Assembly (NCBI RefSeq): GCF_009914755.1
Contig: NC_060947.1
Reading direction: 5' to 3' (one strand)
Length of the DNA stretch: 64,000 nt
Source of the DNA: the human T2T-CHM13v2.0 reference genome, Homo sapiens
Part shown: positions 25,888-39,099 of the stretch, piece after piece
How positions within the stretch are numbered: position 1 is the stretch's first letter
How the letters are laid out: each line of letters starts with the position of its first letter
The notes under the pieces: model-generated
Told to the model about the DNA's origin: nothing
The model's input: only the letters and a program-made list of their open reading frames with translations
The model's database searches: none
Program-made: the position numbers and the translations under genes

Positions 25888-28011
25888 GTTTTTTTATTAT
25901 TATACTTTAAGTTCTGGGATACTTCTGCAGAACGTGCAGGTTTGTTACATAGGTATAAACGTGCAACGGTGGTTTGCTGCACCCATCTACCTGTCATCTA
26001 CATTAGGCATTTCTCCTAATGCTATCCCTCCCTTAGCCCCCCACACCCCGACAGGCCCCAGTATGTGATGTTCCCCTCCCTGTGTCCTGTGTTCTCATTT
26101 TTCAACTCCCACTTATAAGTGAGAATGTGGGTGGTGTTTTCTTTTCTGTTCCTGTGTTAGTTTGTTGACCATGATGGTTTCCAGCTTCATCCATGTCCCT
26201 GCAAAGGATATGAAATCATCTTCTTTTATAGCTGCATAGTATTCCATGGTGTATATGTGCCATATTTTCTTTATCCAGTCTATCATTGATGGGCATTTGG
26301 GTTGGTTCCAAGTCTTTGCCATTGTGAACAGTGCTGCAATAAACATATGAATGCATGTGTCTTTATAGTAGAAGGATTTATAATCTTTTGGGTATATACA
26401 CAGTAATGGGATTGCTGGGTCAAATGGTATTTCTTGTTACAGATCCTTGAGGAATCACCACACTGTCTTCCACAATGATTGAATTAATTTACACTCCCAC
26501 CAACAGTGTAAAAGTGTTCCGATTTCTGCACATCCTCTCCAGCATCTGTTGTTTCCTGACTTTTTAATGATCGCCATTCTAACCAGTGTGAGATGGTATC
26601 TCATTGCGGTTTTGATTTGCATTTCTCTAATGACCAGTGATGATGAGCTTTTTATTTTATGTTTGTTGGCTGCATAAATGTCTTCTTTTGAGAAGTGTCT
26701 GTTCATATCCTTTGCTCACTTTTTGATGGGGTTATTTGTTTTTTTCTTGAAATTTGTTTAAGTTCCTTTCTGGATATTAGCCCTTTGTCAGACAGATAGA
26801 TTGACAAAATTTTCTCCCATTCTGTAGGTTGCCCGTTCACTGTGATGATAGTTTCTTTTGCTGTGTGGAAGCTCTTTAGTTTGATTAGATCCCATTTGCC
26901 AATTTTGGCTTTTGTTGCCATTGCTTTTGGTGTTTTAGTCCTGAAGTCTTTGCCCATGCCTGTGTCATGAATGGTATTGCCTAGGTTTTCTTCTATGGTT
27001 TTTCTTTTATGGTTTTAGGTCTTGTATTTAAGTCTTTAATCCATCTTGAGTTAATTTTTGAATACAGTGTAAGGAAGGGGTCCAGTTTCAGTTTTCTGCA
27101 TATGGCTAGCCAGTTTTCCCAACACCATTTATTAAATAGGGAGTCCTTTCCCCATTGCTTGTTTTCGTCAGGTTTGTCAAAGATCAGATGGTTGTAGATG
27201 TATGGTGTTATTTCTGAGGCCTCTGTTCTGTTCCATTGGTCTGTACATCTGTTTTGGTACCAGTACCATGCTGTTTTAGTTACTGTAGCCTAGTAGTATA
27301 GTTTGAATTCAGGTAGCATGATGTCTCCAACTTTGTTGTTTTTGGTTAGGATCGTCTTGGCTATATGGGCTCTTTTTTCGTTCCATATGAAATTTAAAGT
27401 AGTTTTTTCTAATTCTGTGAAGAAAGTCAATGGTAGCCTGATGGGAATAGCATTGAATCTAAAAATTACTTTGGGCAGTGTGGCCATTTTCACAATATTG
27501 ATTCTTCCTATCCATGAGCACAGAATGTTTTTCCATTTGTTTGTGTCCTCTTTTATTTCCTTGAGGAATGGTTTGTAGTTCTCCTTGAAGGGGTCCTTCA
27601 CATCCCTTGTAAGTTGTATTCTCAGGTATTTTATTCTCTTTGTAGCAACTGCCAATAGGAGTTCACTCATGATTTGGCTCTCTATTATTGGTATATAGGA
27701 ATGCTTGTGATTTTTGCACATTGATTTTGTATCCTGAGAATTGCTGAAGTTGCTTATTAGCTTAAGGAGATTTGGGGCTGATATGATGGGGTTTTCTAAA
27801 TACACAATTATGTCATCCGCAAACAGAGACAATTTGACTTCCTCTCTTCCTATTTGAATATCCTCTATTTCTTTCCCTTGCCTGATTTCACTGGCCAGAA
27901 CTTACGATACTATGTTGAATAGGAGTGGTGAGAGAGGGCACCTTGTCTTGTGCTGGTTTTCAAAGGGAAGCTTCCAGCTTTTGCCCATTCAGTATGATAT
28001 TGGCTGTGGGT
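25888..28011 (-). mobile_element. L1PA7-like, 5'-truncated, nested in older L1
   Basis: 3' UTR aagttctgggatac...catctacattagg. ORF2 peptides [28 protein letters not shown]. Confidence 0.9.
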
Positions 28012-29685
28012 CCTTGTATAAGTTGCTTTCTTCTTACTACTTTCATAATTTTCTGTTATTTTTATAATTTTGTTGTATCTCCTTGGGCATATAACGTATG
28101 AAACGTTTTTGGTTTCATCTTGTTTGAGGACCACTGAGCTTCATGAATATTATCCATATTCCTCCAAATATTTGAGAAGTTTTCAGCCATTGTTTTCTTC
28201 AATACAATTTCTTCCACTTTCTCCTAACATTTTCTTTGGCAGCTATAATATTTATATTGATGCATTTGATGGTTTCTCATAGGTCCCATACGCTTTTTAA
28301 AAATTTATTATCATTCTTCTTTTCCTTTTTGTTCCTCTAGCTGGCTGATTTCAAATGACCTATCCTTGAGTTTACTAAGTTTTGCTTTTGTATCATTGAG
28401 ACTTCTGTTGAAGCTCTCTATTGATCTTTCATTTCTATCATTGTACACTTCAGATCTAAGATTTATATTTGGTTGTTTTTTACAGTTTATATTAATTAAA
28501 CTTCTGAATGTATTCAAGCATTTATCTGATTTCTTTAGTTGTCTGTGTTACCTTCCATCTCATTGAGCTTCTTTAGGGAGATCATTTGTATTTTGTTAGG
28601 AAATTTATAGATCTCAATTTCTTGCAGATCAGTTACTGGAGATTTATTAGTTTCCCTTGATGGTGACCTGTTTGTCTGATTCTTCATGATCCATGTAACT
28701 TTTAATTTGTGTCTGTACATTTGAAGAAGCAAACACTGCTTCCAGTCTTTACAAACTGGTTTCAGCAGGCATAGTATTTCTCTTGTTGAATCCTTGGGCT
28801 GGTGAAATTTTATCTGGAATTGCAGTTTAATGGGGTTGGAGCTAGGTCATGTGGAGGCTTCTGGCTCTGCTTTATACACTGGGTAAGTCTGTTATTATGG
28901 GACCAGGTGAGTATTGATTCTACCTGATTCCTGGGTAGATCAGACTTCCTCTAATACCTTGGTCCATAGGACTGGTGCTGCAACAAATGTCTGTTTTAGC
29001 ATCTGCAGTTGGATTTGTACATGTTGTACCTGTTACCAGTTGCACTAGCAGGGTGCCTCCCATTGTGTCCCTGGGAGTACTCCTGCTGGGTAACTGAGTG
29101 GATTCCTGAATGGGAAACATTGCCCCTCTACCACAGCTGAGAGGGGCTAGAACCAAGTCACAGGGCTGCTTCAAGGTTCACAGCTTAGACCAGTATCTCC
29201 ATGCCTGCCTCTGAGGATATGGATATCCAGGCTTCCTAGTGGGTTCCTGTGTGGTCAAGACTGTCCCCAGAATGCAGCTTAGAGGGACTGAAGCCAGATA
29301 AAAATTCTGCCTTAAAGTTTGTAGTCGCACCACAGACAGTAGGCCTATTATCTGAGGCATGAGTGAACATGGCACTTTCCAGTTCCCTTGGCAGATACTG
29401 CTATTAGCAAAGCCAAGGCTTAATAAGCCTGTAGCCAAGTCCACAGAGGAATGGGGCTGTATTTCCTGTACCAAAGTTGGTTATCCTGCCGCCTGAGCAT
29501 GTGCCTGCCTTCTCAAAATGGTCCTCCTTAGTCTTAAGCTCTATTGGGGTTTTTGCAACGTTATACCTATATCCCCCAAATCCCATAAAGGCACTTTTGA
29601 CTGTGGATGGCTGCCAAATTATTGTTACCATGGTGGGACATCAATGGGAGACTTCTATTCTACCATCTTACTAACATCATTCCCA
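28012..29685 (-). mobile_element. older L1M 5' UTR plus ORF1
   Basis: ORF1-like peptides (SIESFNRSL...LKDRSFEISQLEEQK). 5' end ctattctaccatcttactaacatca. Confidence 0.75.
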
Positions 29686-29859
29686 GATAATTTTTAATCT
29701 AAGCAAGCTGATTCTAAGGTTTATAAGGTTTATATTCTAGTTTGTATGGAGAACCAGGAAAGTTCTTAAAATCAAATAGTGATTTGGAGTCTAGCTCTAA
29801 CAAATGCTAAAATATTTTATAAAGTCATTTCTATCTTGTCAGCTTTCAGTAATCTTTAA

Positions 29860-31460
29860 TTTACCATAATACCTCATAAATTACTACCATACCATTGAAG
29901 CTGCTCTTGTTAAAGTCAGCGATAATATCCAAGTCTTTAACACTAATGAATGACTCATTTTGTCTTTACATAGCTTGGCCTCTAAGCATCACTGGACACT
30001 GGTGACAATTTCTTCCGCCTTGCAAGCCTTTATGCCAGTGTTTTTCATGATCCCATTCTCTGTTTAGTTTTCTCCAGCCTCTCAGGCCTGCATTTCAGGT
30101 TCTTTAGCTGGTTTCTCTTATTTCCCAAACACCTCAAATGCTGGCATTTTTAATGCTCTGTCCTAAGCCTCTTTTCTTCTCACTGTGTGCATTATCACTA
30201 GGTTGTATGATATACTCTAAAGGTTTCAATTACTAGCTAAGATTTAAAGTGTGGGTAATAAATAAGTAGATTAAAAGAGGAAGGAGAGAGCATTCCAGAA
30301 AGAGGGAAGAGCATGTGAAGACAGCAAGGCCTGTTTGAGGATATATATTAATTAAAACAGTAGCTCTCGTTTATTGAGTACTTAGTATATACTAGGCTCA
30401 AATCTAAATGTTTTCAATCTACTAAATTTCTTATTCCTAAACCATATGAGATAGTTCTCCATTTACAGATGACTAAAATGGGGCACAAAGAAGTTACATA
30501 ATTTGCCTAAATTATGCTACTAGTAAACAGGGCAACCAGGACTCCAACCTAGGTAGCAAGACTCCCAAACCTGGATTGTAATCACAATCCTATGGTTCAC
30601 TGTAGCTTTAGCACTGAAGTGAGGGAACACTACTAGGAAAAGAGGCTGGATAGGTGAGGACTACAAACACCATTACAAATATTTGTGCCTGGAATCTCTT
30701 TCTCTTCTCCATGGGCCTTCCAGTCTTCTGCTACATTCGGCTAACTCCTACTCATTCTGCAGATCTAGGTTTAAATATGACTTTTTTTCCAGGAATCCCT
30801 CCTTCACCACCTCAGGCTTGATTGACTTTCTACTGCTATATATTTATAAAGCTTTTTATGCCATTTATCTTCCTAGTTAATTTCACTTATCATCTGAGAC
30901 TCAATACAAACATCATCTATAGACTCTTTTCCTGACCACCTCCCCAGTAGATTACATCTTACTGCAGCAAACTTCATCCCGCTTAAACCTAGTTTTTAAG
31001 TTTCTGTTTTCCATTCAATCCTAATTTTCTTGAGGCAGGGGCATAGTATGGTTCATCCACAATGGTATCACTAGCAACTAGAACAAGACATAGAGCAGAC
31101 ATTCAATAAGTGCTTCTTAAATGGATTAAGATTAACTAAAATACCACTAGTAAAACTACATGGCTGCTACCATTAATGAGCACTTAATTTGTGCCAAGTA
31201 CTAACTAGATTATTTTTATGCAGTATTACTAACTTCCCTAACCACCCAACGAGGTGGCCTTATGATTTCTTTTTTAAAGGAGAATAAAATGAAGCCCAGA
31301 GAAAGTAAATGATTGCCTATAATAATAATAATAGTTTACAGTCATTTAGTGCTTATTTGCCATGCCCCAAATTAAGTATAATTTTCATAATTTACCTATG
31401 ACAAAGAAATTGTTATTGTAGTAGAGATGGAAGCACTGAGGCTCGGAAGTAAGACACCTG
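29860..31460. mobile_element. cluster of L2 and MIR fragments
   Basis: ccattgaagctgctcttgttaaagtca (L2); ccatttacagatgactaaaatggggcacaaagaagttacataatttgcc (MIR) and others. Confidence 0.6.
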
Positions 31461-31776
31461 TAAAGTTACCTTTCCATCAGTGAAGGATACATAAAAAGCT
31501 AATTCATGCTGATAAGGAGTATTTATTGGCAGTTATCTAGGTCTTTTATTAATTTTCTTTTTTCCTCCTCCAATCAAGACACAATAAATTTATATAATTT
31601 GGTAAAGTATTTACAAATATGGATGTGTCTGGCAAAAGTAACAAAATAGGTCTTGCTTTATTTTCTTCAAAAGAAGAGACTTGGTAACCATTTGAGTAGG
31701 GGACCAGTTTTTAACTGGGCACCTGAAATTTGCCATTTAGCATATTGTGTATAATTCCAGGTCTCTCAACCAGTTC

Positions 31777-32094
31777 TTATTTATTTATCTATTTATTTAG
31801 AGACAGAGTATCACTCTGTCACTCAGGCTGGAGTGCAGTGACACAATCACAGCTTACTACAACCTCAAATTCCTGGGCTCAAACAATCCTCCCATCCTAG
31901 TGTTTGAGGAGCTGGGACTACAGGAGCACACTACCACTCCTGGCTAAGGTTTTTTATTTTTTTATTTTTTTATTTTTGGAGACAGGATCTTGCTATGTTG
32001 CCCAGGCTGATCTCCAACTACTGGTCTCAAGCAATTTTCCTCCTAGGCCTCTAAAAGCACTGGGATTATGAGTGTGACCCATTGCACCTGGCCC
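31777..32094 (-). mobile_element. AluJ
   Basis: aatcacagcttactacaacctcaaattcctgggctcaaacaatcctccc; ttgctatgttgcccaggctg. Heavily diverged. Confidence 0.9.
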
Positions 32095-32470
32095 CAGCTC
32101 ACCTTTAATGATAATATTTAGTAGGAATTATTTATTTGCCATATGTACTGTCCAGCTACATCATTTTTTTCATGAAATCTTCTCTGTAGAAAATAGTGTA
32201 GTAAAGGGACTATCACAGATTATAGAATGAGTGTGTTGCTCCTTATATACCTATCAAAAATGTTGATGAAAATATGTTATGATTAAAAAGTTTTTAATCA
32301 CATCTCACATAGATGATTACCTAATTATAATCCCCAAGTCTTTGCAACTTTTCATTTAGCTTTATGCATTTTTAAAATGACAGCTGAAAGAAATCATCTG
32401 GTCAGAATACTAATAAGAAGAATATCAACTGTCTTAAATAAAATCAAAATGAACAAAGTATTTTATATTT

Positions 32471-32540
32471 TAGTATGTTGCTAATGAGTGACAGAAAATT
32501 TAGTGTGTTGTTAATGAGTGACAGAAAATTATGTGTTGCT
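32471..32540. repeat. 30-bp tandem duplication (2 copies plus a partial third)
   Basis: tagtatgttgctaatgagtgacagaaaatt / tagtgtgttgttaatgagtgacagaaaatt. Confidence 0.9.
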
Positions 32541-32755
32541 GACTTATATTCAAATCTATTTTATAGGAAAATATGTTTTCTTTAAGTCAGGGATGGCAAA
32601 AATAAAGTTGCCAATTAATAAGTACCCCCAGTTAAACTGGTTATAATGAATATGTGTGTGTCAGATTTAGTGTAGAAGGGAAAATAAAGAATGATTAAGG
32701 TAGAAACAGTTCTTGCCAGGGAAAAGAGATAAACGTTATGCATTTTCTTACCTAT

Positions 32756-35062
32756 TAAATTAGTCTGTTCTCACACTGTTAATGAAGACATACCTGAGAC
32801 TGGGTAATTTATAACAGAGGGAGGTTTAATTGACTCACAGTTCTACATGGCTGGGGAGGCCTCACGATCATGGCAGAAGGCAAGGAGGAGCAAGTCATGT
32901 TTTCCACGGATGGCAGCAGGCAAAGAAAAAGCTTGTTCAGGAAAACTCCTGTTTTTTAAAACATCAGATCTCGTGAGGCTCATTCACTATCACAAGAACA
33001 GCACAGAAAAGACCCACCCACGTGATTCAATTACCTCCCACCAGGTCCCTCCTATGACACGGGAGAATTATGAGAGCTACAATTCAAGATGACATTTGGA
33101 TGGGGACACAGCAAAAGCACATCATTTTACCCCCACCCCCTCCCAAATCTCATGTCCTCACATTTCAAAACCAATCATGCCTTCCCAACAATCCCCCAAA
33201 GTCTTAACTCATTTCAGCATTAACTCAGAAGTCCACAGCTAAAGTCTCATATGAGACAAGGCAAGTCCCTTTTGCCTATGAGCCTGTAAAATCAAAAGTA
33301 AGTTAGCTACTTCCTACATACAATGGGGGCACAGGCACTAGGTAAATACACTCATTCCAAATGGGAGAAATTGGCCCAAATGAAGGGGCTACAGGCCCTA
33401 TGCAAGACCAAAATACAGCGAGGCAGTCAAATCTTAAAGCTCCAAAATAATCTCCTTTGACTCCATGTCTTACATTCAGGTCACACTGATGCAAGAGGTG
33501 GGTTCCCATGCCCTTGGGCAGCTCTGCCCCTGTGGCTTTGCAAGGTACAGCTCCCCTCCTGGCTGCTTTCACAGGCTGGCATCGAGTGTCTGTGACTTTT
33601 CCAGGTGCAGGGGCAAGCTGTTGGTGGGTCTACCGTTCTGGGTTCTGGAGCACAGTGGCCCTCTCCTCACAACTCCAGTAGGCAGTGTCCCAGTGGGGAC
33701 TCTGTGTGGAGGCTCCAACCCCACATTTCCCTTCCACACTGCTCTAGCAGAGGTTCTCCATGAGGGCCCTGCCCCTGCAGCAAACTTCTGACTGGACATT
33801 CAAGCGTTTCCGTACATCCTTTGAAATCTAAGCAGAGGTTCCCAAACCTCAACTCTTAACTCCTGGGCACCCACAGGCCCAACACCACACGTAAGCTGCC
33901 AAGGCTTGGGGCTTGCACCCTCTGAAGCAATGGCCTGAGTTGTAAGTTGGCCCCTTTTAGTCACGGCTGGAGCTGAAACAGCTGGGATGCAGGCCACCAT
34001 GTTTGGAGGCTGCATAGAGCAGGGGGGCCCTGGGCCCAGTCCAGGAATTCATTTTTCTATTCCTCCAGGCCTATGATGGGAGGGGCTGCCATGAAGGTCT
34101 CTGACATGCCCTGCAGACATTTTCTCCATTGTCTGGATAATTAACACATTTCTGCAGCAGGCTTGAATTTCTCCCCAGAAAATGAGATTTTCTTTTCTAC
34201 TGCATCATCAGGCTGCACATTTTCCAAACTTTTACGCTCTGTCACCCCTTGAATTCTTTGCCACTTTAGAAATGTCTTCCACTAGATACCTCAAGTCATC
34301 CCTCTCAAGTTCAAAATTCTATAGATCTCTAGGGCAGGGGCAAAAGGCCGCCAGTCTGTTGGCATAGCAAGAGTGACCTTTACTTGAGTTCCCAACATGT
34401 TCCTCATCTCCATCTGAGACCACCTCAGCGTGGATTTTATTGTCCATATCACTATCAGCATTTTGGTCAAAGCCATTCAACACGTTTCTCAGAAGTTCCA
34501 AACTTTCCTGTTTCTTCCTGTCTTCTGAGCCCTCCAGTCTCTAGGAAGTTCCAAACTTGCCCACATGTTCTTATTTTCTTCTGAGCCCTCCAAACTGTTC
34601 CAACCTCTGCCTGTTGCCCAGTTCCAAAGTCGCTTCCACATTTTTGGGTATCTTTACAGCAGCACCCCACTCTACTGGTACAAGTTTACTGTATTAGTCT
34701 GTTCTCTCTGTTCTCATGCTGCTGATAAAGACATATCCAATACTAGGTAATTTATAAAGGATGGAGGTTTAATTGGCTCACAGTTCCACATGGCTGGGGA
34801 GGCCTCACAATCCTGGTGGAAGGTGAATGAGGAACAAAGTCACACCTTACATAGCCGCAGGCAAGAGAGCTTGTGTAGGGGAACTTCCCTTTATGAAACC
34901 ATCAGATCTCATGAGACTTATTCACTACCAGGAGAACAGCATGGGAAAGACCCATCCCCATGATACAATTACCCCCTACTGGGTCCCTTCTATGACACAT
35001 GGGAATAAGGGGAGCTACAGTTCAAGATGAAATTTGGGTGGGAACACAGCCAAACCACATCA
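32756..35062 (-). mobile_element. THE1 MaLR provirus: 3' LTR 32756-33124, internal 33125-34689, 5' LTR 34690-35062
   Basis: Two THE1 LTRs flanking THE1-int. 5-bp TSD cctat at 32751-32755 and 35063-35067. Confidence 0.95.
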
Positions 35063-35894
35063 CCTATCATGCATTGGTGTGGATGTGAATATTAAATAGT
35101 AAATTATTTGGATCCGAAGCTCCAAATGTTGGGAAAATAATTTCCAGATATATTTAATTATCCTGATGGTTGGCAAAGGTGCACCTTGAATTATAATAAA
35201 TCCTAACTGTCTGTTCACATTCACAGTATCACCAGTCATTAAGTTCAGGACGTGCAGTTGTACTTCCAAATTGTTCTGAGATAGTTAACTAATTATTCCA
35301 TACCATGATCTACCAAATCCTGCTCAAATAAGAGTGCAAAAGCCAAGGGAAATGGTCTTGCCCTTAGCACAAAGCTAAAAAGCTAGGTTTTGCAAAGTTA
35401 GGTATTTGACAGTTAAGATCAGGAGGGAGGGATTCTTGCTGAAATTAAATACTTTTAACACTACTAACATTGGAAGATAATTTGCTTTCTGACTTTTTAT
35501 GACAGAATGAGTTTAACAAGCAAACTGTATACATACACATATATGCCCACACAAATTATTCTCCTTACTTCTGCTAATTAACATCATTTCCCTTTTTCCT
35601 CCTAATGCCATCTCTATTATAGAAATTATTAGTAATAATTAATAGTAAAATCATTATTATGATAGATATAACATGTAGCTCAGTTTAACAAATATTTCCT
35701 GATCAATTACTAAATATCAGAAAAGGTGTTGGACATGCATACATAAATTATAGTGGAAAAGGGTCCAAAGGTTAGATTTGAAGTCCTCCGTTGCAGCTAG
35801 TACAATGAATTCCGAAGTAAAGCACTTCTGCTGCAATTCTTCAGGAAACAAATTTGCCAGCTCATACTCACTCATGGAGCCTTCATATCCTAGT

Positions 35895-36055
35895 TCAGAG
35901 GTTCTTAAAATATTGTCCCCAAACCAGCCATGCAAACTTTTGGTCCCCCTCTAAACTCACTAAATAGGAAACTATAACTACAGTCCATCAATCTATAGCT
36001 ACTCAAGCCCTCCTAGTAAATCTAAAGCATACTTAAGTTGTTTGAGAACCACTAG
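35895..36055. mobile_element. MER5-like hAT MITE
   Basis: cagaggttcttaaa...gtttgagaaccacta termini. Confidence 0.5.
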
Positions 36056-38710
36056 CTTATTCAATAGTCTATGTCTACATCGTTATATTCCTTCTCTTTT
36101 AGATCCCATTCACAGCCAAACAGGCTCCAGTGACACTGAATCTGATCCAGTTCCAGGTCTGGCTTCCTTAAGGATGAAGGACCACAAGGGATAAGGTCAA
36201 GTGGTCCCAATCTTCTCAACTAAGACCAACCTCAAGTTGATCCACCAGCTTAATACGACCATATAATTGAGCCTAGTTTAGACCAACAGAACTGCTTGGG
36301 CAACCCGAAAAAGCATGCTATGTATAACATCGATATTTTTAAGCTTCTAAATTTAGGGGTGATTCTTTAATGCGGTGTAACTAAAACATGAAACCTGAAC
36401 CCAATCTCGAAAACTATAAGAGAGCTATTGAAGAGTTAAGATAGAGAATTATACGATCAGATTTGCATTTTTAAAAATCACCTTGTTATAGTATAGAAGA
36501 AGGGTTGAAGGGGGAAAACAGGCAGAGGAGTTAGCAAATGCATGCAAGAGATATTAGACCCTGAATCAGAGCTGTAAGTCATTTACTTTACATAGAATTA
36601 CATAAGACCAAGGTGTTATAATTCAATATAACTGGAAAGCTATGGTATGTGCCCATAATGTTTCATCAGGTAGGAAAATAATATGTTTAGCCCCTTTAAT
36701 AAGCTGTTTGCATCTTTCGTCCAGTTAGACCTTAGGTAACTATATGGGTGCTGCTATGCTGTAACATGTTCCACCTAAGTTATACGTCTTCAAAGAAAAC
36801 GTAGAAGCTATCTTATTGACAGAACTATCTCACAACCGGCAAAGTATATTGGTTGATTTTTTTTTCCAATACATTCTATAGGTTTGTGTTACTTCCTTCA
36901 CATATTCAATTCAATTGTAGATTATTAAATAGGAGAATAATTGTAGATGAGCAAAAAGGCTTGCATGGAGAATATAGCAGCAGATAAATGGCCAAATGGC
37001 TGGCTTTGGAACAATGATTCATCAAACGTGATTAGTGAAATCTCGCTAAGCACTATGTAAGGTAAAGACTGGTATTATTAACAGAATGCAAGTAATGGCC
37101 TTTATGAACAGGAATACAAAACTAAGGAGAGAAAAGGCTGAGAAAAAAAGTAAGGGTCAGATAATATGCTGAGATGAAAATGGAAATGGACAATATTAGA
37201 CTCTCCATGAAACTAAAATTGTGATAGCAGATTATACCACATTACAGGAAGTTAAGAATAACATTGACACCATAGAAAAGATCAAATGATCGTTATGAGC
37301 AGCTTTTTCCAAAACACACAAAAAAAGTATGGAAAATGTAAAAATTATGACTGAGAATTTGGTAATTGTTTAAAATATAAAATTACAATCCAAGCAACAA
37401 GTTATGGGGGTTCTTAAGGAGGAAAACTTAGAAGTCCTAAAATAATTAATTAATAAAAGTAAAATTGAATAATGTTGTCTAAATCTAATAAGAAGATGAA
37501 TATGCAGCATTAAAGACCTTCCTTTTTCCCTGTAAATTTAATGCAAATAATTCTACACGTAGACACACTGACAAACGTTTGAATAATTGTATTCTTAAAA
37601 TCCTATAAGTATCAACTAATGACTCAAAGAAAGTTACTTCAAATTGCCTTCCAATTTCCCTCAGCAACACTGACTATCAGAGAACACTGTAATAATAACA
37701 TATTATAAAATTTGAGGGCAACTTGTCTCCTACTGCCACCTACAACCAAGTAGTCATTTATTTGTAAGGTGAAATCTTCAGCTTCAGGACCTTTGTATTG
37801 CTGTTTCCTATCTTCCCCAAATTGCTTCGTCATTTGTTCTTTCCATTCATAAAAATTTCTGTCCAAATCTACCCTTCTTGGAAATGTCTACTCTATTGAA
37901 AATGACCATTATTCTATGCTTCTCCAGATATTTTATAGCTGTCATCACTACTTGTAACTTGATATTTATTTTGCACCGTTCCTAATGAAATATAAATTCC
38001 ATTAGATTAGTAGTTTCATAGATAATTGTGTATTTTCTTGCATTCATAATGCCTAACATAGTCAGAGACACATGATAACTACTTAATATGTAGTTGTTGA
38101 ATGAATGAAAATGTATGAATCCCCTTATAATCTCTCATTTGGATCAATAACTGGTCTTCTTGCTCCTAATCCACATCATCCCCCCTCCTAATTCATTTTC
38201 TGCACAGAAGCTACGTTGAAGTTTTGAAATTATGTCATTGTATTTAAATCCCTTCGATAACGGCCCATAAAATTTTTTATAAAATCTCAACTTATTGTGG
38301 TCTAAAACTTCTTATATATTCGGTTGTTTCTTCAACCTCTTTTTATGTCATTACAAAACTTGAGTGGAGGCAGGTAAATGCAGATAATAGCTTGCTATTA
38401 ATTTAACTCAGTTGTATAAGGATATGAAGCTGCTCTAAATTGATTTATAAAGTTAATATAATCCAAATTAAAAGCCAGTCAGTTTCCATTGCAAGAAGCC
38501 AGAATTATGACCTATTGTGTTAAATGTATTTAATACCACAGAAAACAATTTTTCAAAAGCACTTTCTCTTCCTGGGATAATTGTTACAACGATAGACCCC
38601 ACTTCTTTTATAGCCCACGCTTGTTACTAAATCATGTTCATTAAATCAAGGGATCATTGCATGAGCCTTTCAGTATCTTCTCACTAACTTTCCAAAGCTC
38701 TGTACTTTAC

Positions 38711-38796
38711 CTGATTATAGTTTGGCCTCCCTTTCACTCCATTTGGCAGTTACGTTTCATAGTTTATATTGAAGGCTTGTGGTCATTTCTTTGTTT
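38711..38796 (-). pseudogene. candidate decayed exon (minus-strand cluster)
   Basis: Minus acceptor tatttttag|, donor cag|gtaaag, 86 bp. Every frame has 2 stops, so the frame is ambiguous. Confidence 0.35.
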
Positions 38797-39099
38797 CTAA
38801 AAATATAGTTTTCTTCTCTATTTTCATTTTGTTTTTCCCAGTTTGTCAAATTACTCTAAAATTTAACCAAAAGTTGATTAGTTTACCTTATAAAATTAAA
38901 AAAATGGGTATGGTTACAAACTATGAATTTTAAAAGGATAAGTTATACAGAAGAAGATAATATGAAGTGATTAAATTAAAACAATACATTGGTACTTAAA
39001 ATACTAGTTATTTCAACAAAACTAAAAATCTCAGAAACTAACCACAGCATATATTCCAGTTGGTGACATAATAATGGTTGCAATGTCCAATCCATAGGA

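Noticed and set aside
34490-34600. ~53-bp tandem duplication in THE1-int
   Set aside because: Recalled as a common variant of THE1 internal sequences, not locus-specific.
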